Assembly: GCA_963662285.2 (NCBI GenBank)
Contig: CAXXMV010000008.1
Span: 1,088,001-1,152,000 of the forward strand
Reading direction: 5' to 3'
DNA length: 64,000 nt
Origin: a bacterium
GTDB lineage: Bacteria; Hinthialibacterota; Hinthialibacteria; Hinthialibacterales; Hinthialibacteraceae
Shown here: positions 50,753-59,541 of the stretch, piece after piece
How the letters are laid out: every line of letters begins with the position of its first letter
Numbering within the stretch: the stretch's first letter is position 1
Position numbers and translations under genes: made by a program
Notes under the pieces: model-generated
Databases searched by the model: none
What the model was told of the DNA's origin: nothing
What the model saw: the letters and a program-made list of their open reading frames with translations, nothing else

Positions 50753-51043
50753 ATGTCCAACGAAATCAAAATTCAACTCGAACAAAATATAAAACTCGAA
50801 TCATTGCTTGAAGAATTGATTGATGAGCAAAAAGAAACCAATCGGCTTCTAGCCGAATTAATCCAGAAGGATTCAACCGGAAAAGAGAATTTCAATCACA
50901 AAGAAGCATCTGCGTTTTTGGGAATTAGTCCTGCAACTTTGTATGATATGGTGAGTGAGAAACGGATTAAATGCAGAAAGATCGGCGGAAAAAATCTGTA
51001 CCATAAAGATGAACTTGAGAGAATAATCGAAGACAAGAAATGA
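50753..51043 (+). CDS. Excisionase-like HTH_17 DNA-binding protein
   Basis: FNHKEASAFLGISPATLYDMV...RKIGGKNLY. GGAGG RBS; directly after the integrase. Confidence 0.85.
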   Translation: MSNEIKIQLEQNIKLESLLEELIDEQKETNRLLAELIQKDSTGKENFNHKEASAFLGISPATLYDMVSEKRIKCRKIGGKNLYHKDELERIIEDKK

Positions 51044-51608
51044 CCTTCAAGAAACATTTTGCATGGATTCTTAAACAGTGATTTCATCAAGAAAATTATG
51101 AGGTACAAAACGCAGTACAAATCTTTATATTAAATCCATAAACCCTATTTCAAATCCTAGAATCCGTTGATTTTAAATGTGAGATCTAATTTTCGTTTCT
51201 CAGCTTGGGAATAAGTCGCCTGCTTGAAGAGCATTGCGTAACAACCGATAACAACAAGTAGCAATAGACTCGCAATATTGGACTTACGAAACCAATCTGA
51301 ATAACAACGAGTAACATCGGATAGCGCAAAAACTCCACCGGTGTAGCGCATTGCTCCACGATGCTACTCAATGATTCTGCCCACATTATCATAACTTATG
51401 AGCCTGTCAATATGAATTCTATATTGATTTTCACAATGGCCCTCAGCCCAACTAGCTGATGTCCTTGCCATTTGCTCCCTAATATTCTAAATCTGATCTT
51501 AGAATATGTCTTTCAGCCCAAATATCTGATTCCATCAATAGTGAATCCCATAATGTGTCTTTTTTACAAGTCTTTTAATCAAGGTCAGTTACTGTTCAAC
51601 CGACTTTT

Positions 51609-52076
51609 TTGACCCTACGGGAGGGCGTGATGCTTCCCGCGAGCGAGAAGGTGTACAGTCTGTTTGAAGAACATACGGAACTGTTGAAACGGGGCAAGGC
51701 GGGCAAGCCGGTCGAATTCGGACATAAGATTTTGGTGGCGCAGAACGAAGACAAATACATCACGCATTACGAGGTGTTGCCCCAGCGGAAAGAAGATAAA
51801 GATTTGCTGGAGGATACTCTGCAGGCGCATAAAAACTTGTTCGGGCAAGCGCCGAGCGTGTTGGCGGCGGACCGAGGATTCTATCAAGACCGCCAGCAAC
51901 TCAAGGCCTTGGCCGAAGAGATCGAAACCGTATCAATGGCCGTAAAGGGGAACCGAACGGAAGAAGAGAAGGCCTGGGAAAGCAGCGAAGAATTCAAGGA
52001 GGGGCAAAGGTTCCGGGCGGGCTCGGAAGGCTCGATCTCGGTCTTAAAACGGGCGTATAAGTTAAATAAATGGTAA
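51609..52076 (+). pseudogene. IS5/ISNCY-like DDE transposase C-terminal fragment
   Basis: KVYSLFEEHTELLKRGKAGKPVEFGHK, ADRGFY, FRAGSEGSISVLKR. Confidence 0.8.
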
Positions 52077-52159
52077 CTGGTCAGCGTCATACGGAAAAAA
52101 GTAAAGAAAGTTATGCTGTACATCTGTTTAAAAATTCTGCCTGTGCCATCATGTAGCCT

Positions 52160-52507
52160 ATGAAGGCAGATAACATTGACATCGAAGCCACACTAACCAA
52201 GGCTCGCGAAACGCTCGCATCCAATTCATTGGACCCTAGTATCAAGGGACTGATCGAGTTACTCATTTTGATCGTCTCAATCCTCAGCGGCCGCTTGAAA
52301 CTCAATAGCAAGAATAGCAGTAAGCCGCCGTCCCAAGATCCCAATCGAAAAAAAACTCCAAAGGACTCAGTCAAAAAAAAGCCCGGCGGTCAGGAAGGGC
52401 ACCAAGGAAAAACGCTTAAGCAGGTCAAGAATCCCGATCGCATTGTAAAACTATCCGTGGTGCCGACAACGTTCAGAAAATGCCCCAGTGTGACGATTGG
52501 ATTTTGA
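52160..52507 (+). pseudogene. IS66 family transposase (TnpC) N-terminal fragment
   Basis: LNSKNSSKPPSQDP and KKPGGQEGHQGKTL are typical IS66 N-terminal motifs. Truncated afterwards. Confidence 0.8.
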
Positions 52508-52705
52508 CCCACTCCAGTGATGTTTTACATGTTTGTAAATCTCCTTGCAAGTTTAAATAAAGAAAATCATGAATGACGCATTCACATGGTTGTGGAGGAG
52601 GCGATTTCCGAAACGTATGCAATGGCATCTTTCCTGTTTAGCAATTCACACACAACTCTCTAAATTCTTTACATCACAGTGCAGACCATCAATCGAATAT
52701 GCGAT

Positions 52706-52762
52706 TGCAAACTAAACGTTAACCTCATCTTTTATTAGACTTGATGGTCGGATGAATAGTTT
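52706..52762 (+). repeat. 57-bp direct repeat, copy 1
   Basis: TGCAAACTAAACGTTAACCTCATCTTTTATTAGACTTGATGGTCGGATGAATAGTTT. One mismatch to 56156-56212. Confidence 0.9.
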
Positions 52763-52794
52763 GACCGTGTTATGAAAACAGACAACATTATCAT

Positions 52795-53046
52795 TCACAC
52801 CGACTCCTGCGCCCCGGCTGGACAACCAGCCTTGCGGGCCAGGCCATCTGGATTGGTACCGTCGTTGGCCAGTTCGGGAAAAGCCGCAGGGGCGAGTAAC
52901 GCGGCGACCAGACCCTCGAAGAGGCGACCGCGAGCGCCGGACGGCTTGACGATGGCCGTCCGCCAGAAGCCGAACCCTTCGATCACGCCGGGCGTGGTGA
53001 GGGCGGGGTCAGACCGGCGCGGTAAATCATCGAGACCGGCCCTCAT
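52795..53046 (-). pseudogene. Remnant of a STAND (nSTAND1-like) NTPase gene
   Basis: With a 1-nt frame correction it reads RAGL(I)PALTTPGVIEGFGFWRTAIVKPS...LFEGLVAALLAPAAFPEL, resembling the segment just after Walker A in nSTAND1 proteins. Confidence 0.5.
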
Positions 53047-54563
53047 GTTTCCGCCTTGTCGATCTGATCGAAGCCCTTTGTTTCGCTGGAGCGTTCAAGG
53101 TCGTACATCGCACGCTCATGCCGCCCAAGAACCCAGTTTGCGTATCCTATGTAATAGAAATCCTCTTTCGTATTCGGCAGCATTTTCGCGAGGTGCTCGG
53201 CCGTTTGCAGGGCATCTTTACACCCCGCCCGGCGCTCGACGATCAGCCGCTCAAACCAGACATAGAGCCGGTCCGGCAGAAGTTCCGTCACGCGATTCGC
53301 AATCGGCACGGCTTCTCCGTACTGACCCGTTTCGAGAAAGTATCTGACGAGGTGACAGCCCAATTCAGCGTCTTCGGAATGTTCCTTCCAAGCCTGGAGC
53401 AACAGTTCGCGAGCCTCCGTATGACGCCGCATGTCGACCAAGACGTTGGCTAAATTGATATAGGTAGATGGCGTCGCCTGGCGCTCGCGCACTTTTTTGA
53501 AAAAGATCGCTGCCGCCTGCTCACTTTGCCCCATTCCGGCTAAACCGAGAGCCAAAGCCTCCTGTGCCTGTTCTCGTTCGTCCTCGGTCAGATAGCGCCC
53601 GGTCTCGATCACGCTGCAGGCCTTGGGAAGATCCACGACCTTTTCGCCCGCAAACAGTTCGTTGACCACCACGCCCGTGGCGGCCGCCGGATCGGACGGG
53701 TCGCGGCGTAAAGCCTCCCGGTACAACTCCGCCGCTTCGGCGAACAACCCCTGGGCCTGCCGAACGTAGCCCAGCGCGCCGAAGAGGCTCTCCTCACATT
53801 CGGGATGAAGCCTTAAGGCGGTCAACGCCTGAACCGATTCGGGCAACCGTCCCACCGCGATAAGGCAAACCGCCCGGGCCACATAGGGGTAATAAAACGT
53901 TTCCCCCTCGTATTCGTTCTCGACCATTGCGGTGAAATACTCGATTGCCTTCAATGCTTGCGCATAATCGCCTTGCTCCAACCCGAGTTTGCAGACGCGG
54001 ATGGCCTTGTCCAACCGGGCATAGAGAATATTGGACCGTTCCGTGTCGCGAGGAACGCGCTGCATAAGCTCGCGGTCGACCCGTTCCATCAGCGGCAAAC
54101 GTGGCGTGTCGGCGACCAGTCCAAAAAAGGGAACGCCGACGTCCTGACACACGCGGGCGACGGCGTCCTCCATTTGCGCTCGCGCCTCCACCCCGCCGCC
54201 GAAAAAGTGATAGCGGATAGCGCGGAGACCGGCATACGGACCCGGCCAGAGATCGATGTCGAGCACCGAGCGTTCCACTAAGGGAATAATCCGTAGACCG
54301 CCGTCGACGTGCCGATTCAGAGCACACTCGACTTCCGCCGCCGTAAACGGGGAACGCAGGCTGTTGAGGGACACGACCGGCAGGAAGAGCGTGCACTTGC
54401 CGACCCGGTCCCGAAGATAAGAAGTGATCGTCTCGCCTCCGGGAATTTCATCCCCCTCGACGGAGTAATCCCAAACATTCAGGCTTTGCGCCTGAAGCCG
54501 GGTCAACAGCCGCGGCACAAACGTATCGCGGCTTGAAAAAGATAAGAAGGTCTTCAACTCCAT
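53043..54563 (-). CDS. TIR domain + TPR repeat protein
   Basis: TFLSFSSRD, FLPVVSLNSLRSPFTAAEV (candidate catalytic Glu), IIPL, then multiple TPR-like repeats (ALGYVRQAQGLFAEAAELYREALRRDP). Confidence 0.85.
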   Translation of the reverse strand: MELKTFLSFSSRDTFVPRLLTRLQAQSLNVWDYSVEGDEIPGGETITSYLRDRVGKCTLFLPVVSLNSLRSPFTAAEVECALNRHVDGGLRIIPLVERSVLDIDLWPGPYAGLRAIRYHFFGGGVEARAQMEDAVARVCQDVGVPFFGLVADTPRLPLMERVDRELMQRVPRDTERSNILYARLDKAIRVCKLGLEQGDYAQALKAIEYFTAMVENEYEGETFYYPYVARAVCLIAVGRLPESVQALTALRLHPECEESLFGALGYVRQAQGLFAEAAELYREALRRDPSDPAAATGVVVNELFAGEKVVDLPKACSVIETGRYLTEDEREQAQEALALGLAGMGQSEQAAAIFFKKVRERQATPSTYINLANVLVDMRRHTEARELLLQAWKEHSEDAELGCHLVRYFLETGQYGEAVPIANRVTELLPDRLYVWFERLIVERRAGCKDALQTAEHLAKMLPNTKEDFYYIGYANWVLGRHERAMYDLERSSETKGFDQIDKAET

Positions 54564-54577
54564 AAACGCAAGTATCC

Positions 54578-55801
54578 CTAGTTGGAGGGGGGAATCAGGA
54601 CGGTTGGCGTCTTTATCTTAGGCTGCGGCGTCACGCCGCGGATTTGCCGCAAGAATGCCGCATAGACGTCCGGCTGTGTGGTCTTCACGAAGCGGAAGAA
54701 CGCCGCATAGTACATGGTTTGCCGAGCCGCATGATAGACGGGCGGGTTACCCCCTTCCAGTTCCTCCATCTTGTCGGAGAGCCGGCGGCTCAGATCCGGC
54801 AACATCTCGAAGTAGTTGGCGTCGATGTACTCATTTACCAGTTTTGTTTGCTCATCGAATTCGATCCTATTGGTATCGTCTTCGGAAAGGTTGTCGCCCA
54901 AGAAGGCCTTCCGTTTCTTAACGCGATCCATCAGTTTTTCAATGGTCTCAGGACGATCAAAATAATCGATCAGGTCTTGTTCGTCGAATCCTTCTTTTAA
55001 CCGCCAACAAGCCCAATAGGGACGCCCCCCGAATGTGAGCGTCATGACTTTCGATATCTTTTCCAAACGCATGCTCACCCCCTCGGGATCATCAGTGATG
55101 ACATATGAGTGCGGATCCCCCCCCTGGTAGAGGTCGCTCAACACGTTGAAATCGGAGCGGTTACGTTCGACATTGCGGGGATATTCGCCTGGGGCTTTCA
55201 TAACTCCGTCGCCCGCCGTCAGGTTCTCCGACGCCACGGGGTGGAAGGCCAGCAGGTCGGTCTGCATCAGGCGCAGTCCCAAAAACGTGTCCTGTATGGC
55301 GGCATGGTAGTTCATAATCCTTTGCCCCTCTTTCATCCGCCTTGCAGTGTCTTCCTCGTCGATGAGCTGGCCGAACAGCGTAAACAGCGCGTCCTGTTCG
55401 CCATTGGCGAATTGGGCGACGGGCACGGCGAGCCAGTCGTAAACCGGCAGCGTCACCGTATAGGTGACGTCTTTGAAAACGGTTGCCTGAAGCCGTTTCC
55501 CATCGGGCTGCCTGGCATCATAGCGAAGCGCCGTCACTTTGCTGCCGTCCAACGGCTTCGCAACAGCCCCGAAGGCGACACCCCCGACCCCTGAACAGAA
55601 GCCGAACGACTTGATTCCTTGCGCGGCTTTCATGCTATTCACTAACGGTTTCGCAATCGGGTTGGCAAAGGAGTACATACCCGCCATAATTTGCGCCAAG
55701 GACGGCAGCGCAATAACGGCGCCAACCACGCACGCCCAGATCCATTTCCGCCAAATCGATTTCATGAATCGTTTGACATAACCATCACTCTCATTCTTCA
55801 T
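54578..55801 (-). CDS. Hypothetical exported or membrane-anchored protein
   Basis: GGGAG RBS before ATG 55801, hydrophobic N-terminal segment (WIWACVVGAVIALPSLA), GC-rich codon usage like the TIR gene 14 bp downstream. Confidence 0.65.
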   Translation of the reverse strand: MKNESDGYVKRFMKSIWRKWIWACVVGAVIALPSLAQIMAGMYSFANPIAKPLVNSMKAAQGIKSFGFCSGVGGVAFGAVAKPLDGSKVTALRYDARQPDGKRLQATVFKDVTYTVTLPVYDWLAVPVAQFANGEQDALFTLFGQLIDEEDTARRMKEGQRIMNYHAAIQDTFLGLRLMQTDLLAFHPVASENLTAGDGVMKAPGEYPRNVERNRSDFNVLSDLYQGGDPHSYVITDDPEGVSMRLEKISKVMTLTFGGRPYWACWRLKEGFDEQDLIDYFDRPETIEKLMDRVKKRKAFLGDNLSEDDTNRIEFDEQTKLVNEYIDANYFEMLPDLSRRLSDKMEELEGGNPPVYHAARQTMYYAAFFRFVKTTQPDVYAAFLRQIRGVTPQPKIKTPTVLIPPSN

Positions 55802-56155
55802 CGCATTTTCTCCCGTCGCGAATCCCAGTTTTGTGACCACCGGTTATGATGTAACATGCCGTGTGGTGCGTTACAAACGGAAAGGCCTTCAATCGGGATT
55901 TTCCATTTAACCTGAGAAATCTCACTGATTTTTTTAATACCATCTAATTCCCTCAAAGAAAATACTCAATGTCAAGTTCTCTTCGAGAATTTCACTCGTT
56001 TTCATGAATCCAAGGGCCTATAAATTCTGTCAATTCAAAAAAATAGACGCACTTCCACAGTTTCAATCTCAAATATTCTCAATTTATGCTATTCAAATCC
56101 GAATCATCACACTGGAATCGATTTGAGTCGGTGAATCTTCTGAAGAACCTTTCAA

Positions 56156-56212
56156 TGCAAACTCAACGTTAACCTCATCTTTTATTAGACTTGATGGTCG
56201 GATGAATAGTTT
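56156..56212 (+). repeat. 57-bp direct repeat, copy 2
   Basis: Matches 52706-52762 except C at 56164. Confidence 0.9.
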
Positions 56213-56318
56213 TATCAAACGTAGTATAATAGTATCAAATGACTGCGTAACTTGATCTCTTGGATGAAATACTGTCAAACTTAAGTCAATCAAGAATCTA
56301 AGTTGAACTTATAAAAAT

Positions 56319-57934
56319 GGTTCCTCGGAAAAATCTGTGGGTAAAAAATGAGTTTTTTTAGGCATATGGGAATGCTCTGAATTGTCGAATGATCTTCACA
56401 CGGAGAAAAATCGCGGAAGAAAAGAACGGTTTAAAGTTGCCTTGGATTTACGGCTGATTTTATTGGGTATCGAGATTGACGGAGGCTTGTGGATTCTGTC
56501 CCCCCAATTGGGGCAAGATGATCAAATGCTTTAATCGCTACAAAAAAATAACATGAAAAACTGGTTAAGAAGAGAGAGGCGAAGGGATTAATGAAGAGGA
56601 GGTAGAAAGAGACATCCGGTCCCTTATCCTGAGAAAATGGGAGTCGCGAACAACCATTGATCGGGAGGAAACCGGATGCATCTGAAAACCATCCTCAATC
56701 GCGTGCATAAAATCAAGGGATACGTGTACGGATCGATCCAGTTTGGGGAGTGGAACGGCAAAACGGCCCTGGAGGTCGAAATCCATCCTCGGGCGGGAAG
56801 CCGGGCTATGTGCTCGGGGTGTGGAAAGAGGAGGCCGGGATACGATAAGTTGGAGAGACGTCGCTTCGAGTTCGTCCCCTTGTGGGGCATCGCCACCTAT
56901 TTTCTATACGAAATGAGGCGCGTGAATTGCCCCCAGTGCGGCGTGAAAGTCGAACAGACGCCGTGGGCGGATGGGAAGCATGAGTTGACGGGGACCTATC
57001 AGTGGTTTCTGGCGGGCTGGGCGAAACGACTGAGTTGGAGTGAGGTCGCAGAAGCGTTCGAGACGAGTTGGTACAACGTGTTTCATTCCGTGGAACGGGC
57101 GGTGGAGTGGGGCCGCCGTCATATGGACTTGAAGGGAATTACGGCGATCGGTGTGGACGAAATGCAGTGGGGAGGCGGGCATCGATACGTGACGGTGGTG
57201 TACCAAATCAACGAAGGGTGCAAGCGGCTGTTATGGATTGGGCAACACCGAAAAGTAAAAACCTTGTTGCGATTTTTTCGATGGTTTGGAGAAGAACGTT
57301 CGGCCCAGTTAGAGTTCGTATGCAGCGATATGTGGAAAGCGTATCTCAAGGTGGTGGCCAAGAAAGCGAATCAAGCCATTCATATCCTGGACCGGTTTCA
57401 TCTTGTGGCGCACCTCAATAAAGCGATCGACGAAGTGCGGGCGGGAGAAGCCCGTGCGTTGAAAGCCAAGGGATGCGAGCCGATCTTGAAAGGAAGCCGC
57501 TGGTGGTTTCTGAAACGGCCGGTCAATTTGACGGCCAAGCAAGTGGAAAAACTGGCGGACGTACTGCGGTACAATCTGCGCACGGTGCGAGCGTATCTAT
57601 TGAAAGAAGAATTCCAGTTTTTCTGGGAATACCAATCGGCATGGTGGGCGGGGCGATTTTTGGATCAATGGTGTACAAAGGTCATGCGTTCGCGAATCGA
57701 ACCGATGAAAAAGGTAGCAAAAATGTTGCGGAGTCATCGAGACCTGATTTTGAACTGGTTTCGAGCGAAAAAGAGTTTTCCTCGAGTGTGGTAGAAGGCT
57801 TGAACAACAAAGCAAAATTGACAACGAAAAAAGCCTATGGTTTTCGAACCTTCCGAAGTTTGGAAATCTCTTTATATCATACACTTGGGAAACTTCCTGA
57901 ACCGGAATTTACCCACAGATTTTTTTGACGAGGC
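56319..57934 (+). mobile_element. ISL3 family insertion sequence
   Basis: 27-bp imperfect terminal inverted repeats: GGTTCCTCGGAAAAATCTGTGGGTAAA versus reverse complement GCCTCGTCAAAAAAATCTGTGGGTAAA. No target duplication evident. Confidence 0.85.
56676..57928 (+). pseudogene. ISL3 transposase with a single frameshift near the C-terminus
   Basis: Zinc finger CSGC/CPQC, IGVDE, CSDMWKAY, DRFH; continues in another frame as SSVVEGLNNKAK...AYGFR. Shift at the A-run at about 57768-57772. Confidence 0.88.
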
Positions 57935-57985
57935 TTTTTTCGACTGGATCGCTTGGCATGATATAGGCCAAAAAGGAGTCTTCCT

Positions 57986-59092
57986 ATGGTTATGGAGCAA
58001 AATTCTAGTAATCCAATTGTTGGAAATATGGTTCTGTATTGCCTTCTGCGCCGCTGGAACAGTGATCGTAAAGAGTCACAGTTCCTGTTGATAAAAAAAC
58101 AGGACTATTTTACCTTTCCTGCAACCAAACTTCGCGCAAATGAAGACTTATACCATGCTTTAATCCGTGCATTGGATGAAGATTTGAAAATAAAATCTGG
58201 AAAATATTTCATTGAGGAAGAACTACCGATGATTCCATCCTCTGGTACAAGTCCTCGTCCAAAGCATGGGGATGGACTCCCTAAAAATTGGTTCTTATAT
58301 CCGTTGGTTATGTCCTACCATGAAGACGCTCTTGATGCGATACCGCTCGATCAGATCAACTGGATGACAATTGATGAGATTATTGATCAAAACAAGGAAC
58401 CCAATATCCTAACTATTGCACAAATGATCAAGAAGAATCGATCCGATCTTTGCTCAGAACCTCCTAAAACGCCTTCAATGGATGCCCTTGCTTGTGCCTG
58501 GTCTGCACAAAATAGTCAAGAAGTACGCATTGTACGTCAAAATGATATTAAAGGGATTCTTAACATAGGCAATCGAGCCTTTAACCTTAGGGTGGCAGAT
58601 CCTTATTTACCCTATCATAAGCAAGGATTGGGATTCACCTGGAGTTTCTTTACCCCGAAAGATAAACAGGATTTGCATGTCCATGGTTTGCCCTCCGTAG
58701 AAATTTATGGGATTCTTGAAGGAGAGTTGCTTCTGTGGTACAAACCCATGAATCAAAGGGGAGCGCGATCTTGGAGTTTTCAGTTACTTCGCGCCGGGGA
58801 TTGGGCGGAAGTTGGCCCTCTTCAGTGTCATTTTGCCTGTTGGCTGACCAAAGATGGGCTAGGAACAGTAATAAAAGCCGCAGGAGCAGGAGAACTAGCC
58901 GGAGTAGGCCGTTTAGGAATCTCTGGCAAAACAGTATGTCAATGGAAAGATCATGCTGGAAATGAACAACATTGCAGCAATTATGGTCACTGTTTAATCC
59001 ATCCGATTATGGAAAAACTGATGATCGAATATGGAAAACCTTTTGAAGATAGAAAATATGATATCATTCGTATGTTGTACGATCAAATATAA
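57986..59092 (+). CDS. Degenerate Nudix-fold domain fused to a cupin domain
   Basis: FPATKLRANEDLYHALIRALDEDLKI aligns to the Nudix box but lacks key residues. Cupin motifs DLHVHGLPSVEIYGILEG and LRAGDWAEVGPLQCHF. Cys/His-rich tail. Confidence 0.65.
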   Translation: MVMEQNSSNPIVGNMVLYCLLRRWNSDRKESQFLLIKKQDYFTFPATKLRANEDLYHALIRALDEDLKIKSGKYFIEEELPMIPSSGTSPRPKHGDGLPKNWFLYPLVMSYHEDALDAIPLDQINWMTIDEIIDQNKEPNILTIAQMIKKNRSDLCSEPPKTPSMDALACAWSAQNSQEVRIVRQNDIKGILNIGNRAFNLRVADPYLPYHKQGLGFTWSFFTPKDKQDLHVHGLPSVEIYGILEGELLLWYKPMNQRGARSWSFQLLRAGDWAEVGPLQCHFACWLTKDGLGTVIKAAGAGELAGVGRLGISGKTVCQWKDHAGNEQHCSNYGHCLIHPIMEKLMIEYGKPFEDRKYDIIRMLYDQI

Positions 59093-59106
59093 GAATATCG
59101 ATAAGG

Positions 59107-59517
59107 ATGCATTTAATGTCAAAACCATTTCGCCTCTCGGTTAAAGCCATCGTTCGCAATGAAGAAAACGAGTGCCTTGTTATTCGCCGGTCTAACTATT
59201 CAAAACATAACGCTGGGAGATGGGATTTCCCAGGTGGGAAAGTCGACGTAGGTGAGAATTTCGATGCTGCTCTTATCCGTGAAATTGGCGAAGAAACATC
59301 GATTGAAATTAAACTGACAGGTTTTGCCGGTTGTGGTCAATCGCAAGCCCCTGAAAATACAGTTATTTACCTTTTTATGAATGCGATGGCTCTAACCCAA
59401 GAGGTTGTATTAAGCGAAGAGCATACGGAGTATCAGTGGGTTCCTCTGTCTAATCTTCTAAATGTAGATATGGGGGATCAGTTTAAAGATATTTGTGAAG
59501 TTCTTGCAGCAGAGTAG
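59107..59517 (+). CDS. Nudix hydrolase
   Basis: Intact Nudix box WDFPGGKVDVGENFDAALIREIGEETSI; LSEEHTEYQWV. Confidence 0.92.
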   Translation: MHLMSKPFRLSVKAIVRNEENECLVIRRSNYSKHNAGRWDFPGGKVDVGENFDAALIREIGEETSIEIKLTGFAGCGQSQAPENTVIYLFMNAMALTQEVVLSEEHTEYQWVPLSNLLNVDMGDQFKDICEVLAAE

Positions 59518-59541
59518 GATAGATGAAAGGTTGACAACATT

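Noticed and set aside
51157-51560. Short minus-strand ORFs after the excisionase
   Set aside because: No recognisable motif and interrupted by stops. Possibly decayed DNA, but not supportable as a feature.
52772-53347. 191-aa plus-strand ORF containing GKSS
   Set aside because: Antisense shadow of the GC-rich TIR-TPR gene and STAND relic; Arg/Pro/Ala-rich with no real P-loop context.
52706-56212. CRISPR array or integron attC sites from the 57-bp repeats
   Set aside because: Only two copies 3.4 kb apart, no spacer periodicity, no cas genes, and no convincing attC hairpin or integron integrase. No CRISPR array was seen anywhere in the window.
57760-57800. Programmed frameshift in the ISL3 transposase
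   Set aside because: ISL3 transposases are normally single ORFs. A one-base loss in a short A-run (mutation or sequencing error) explains it.
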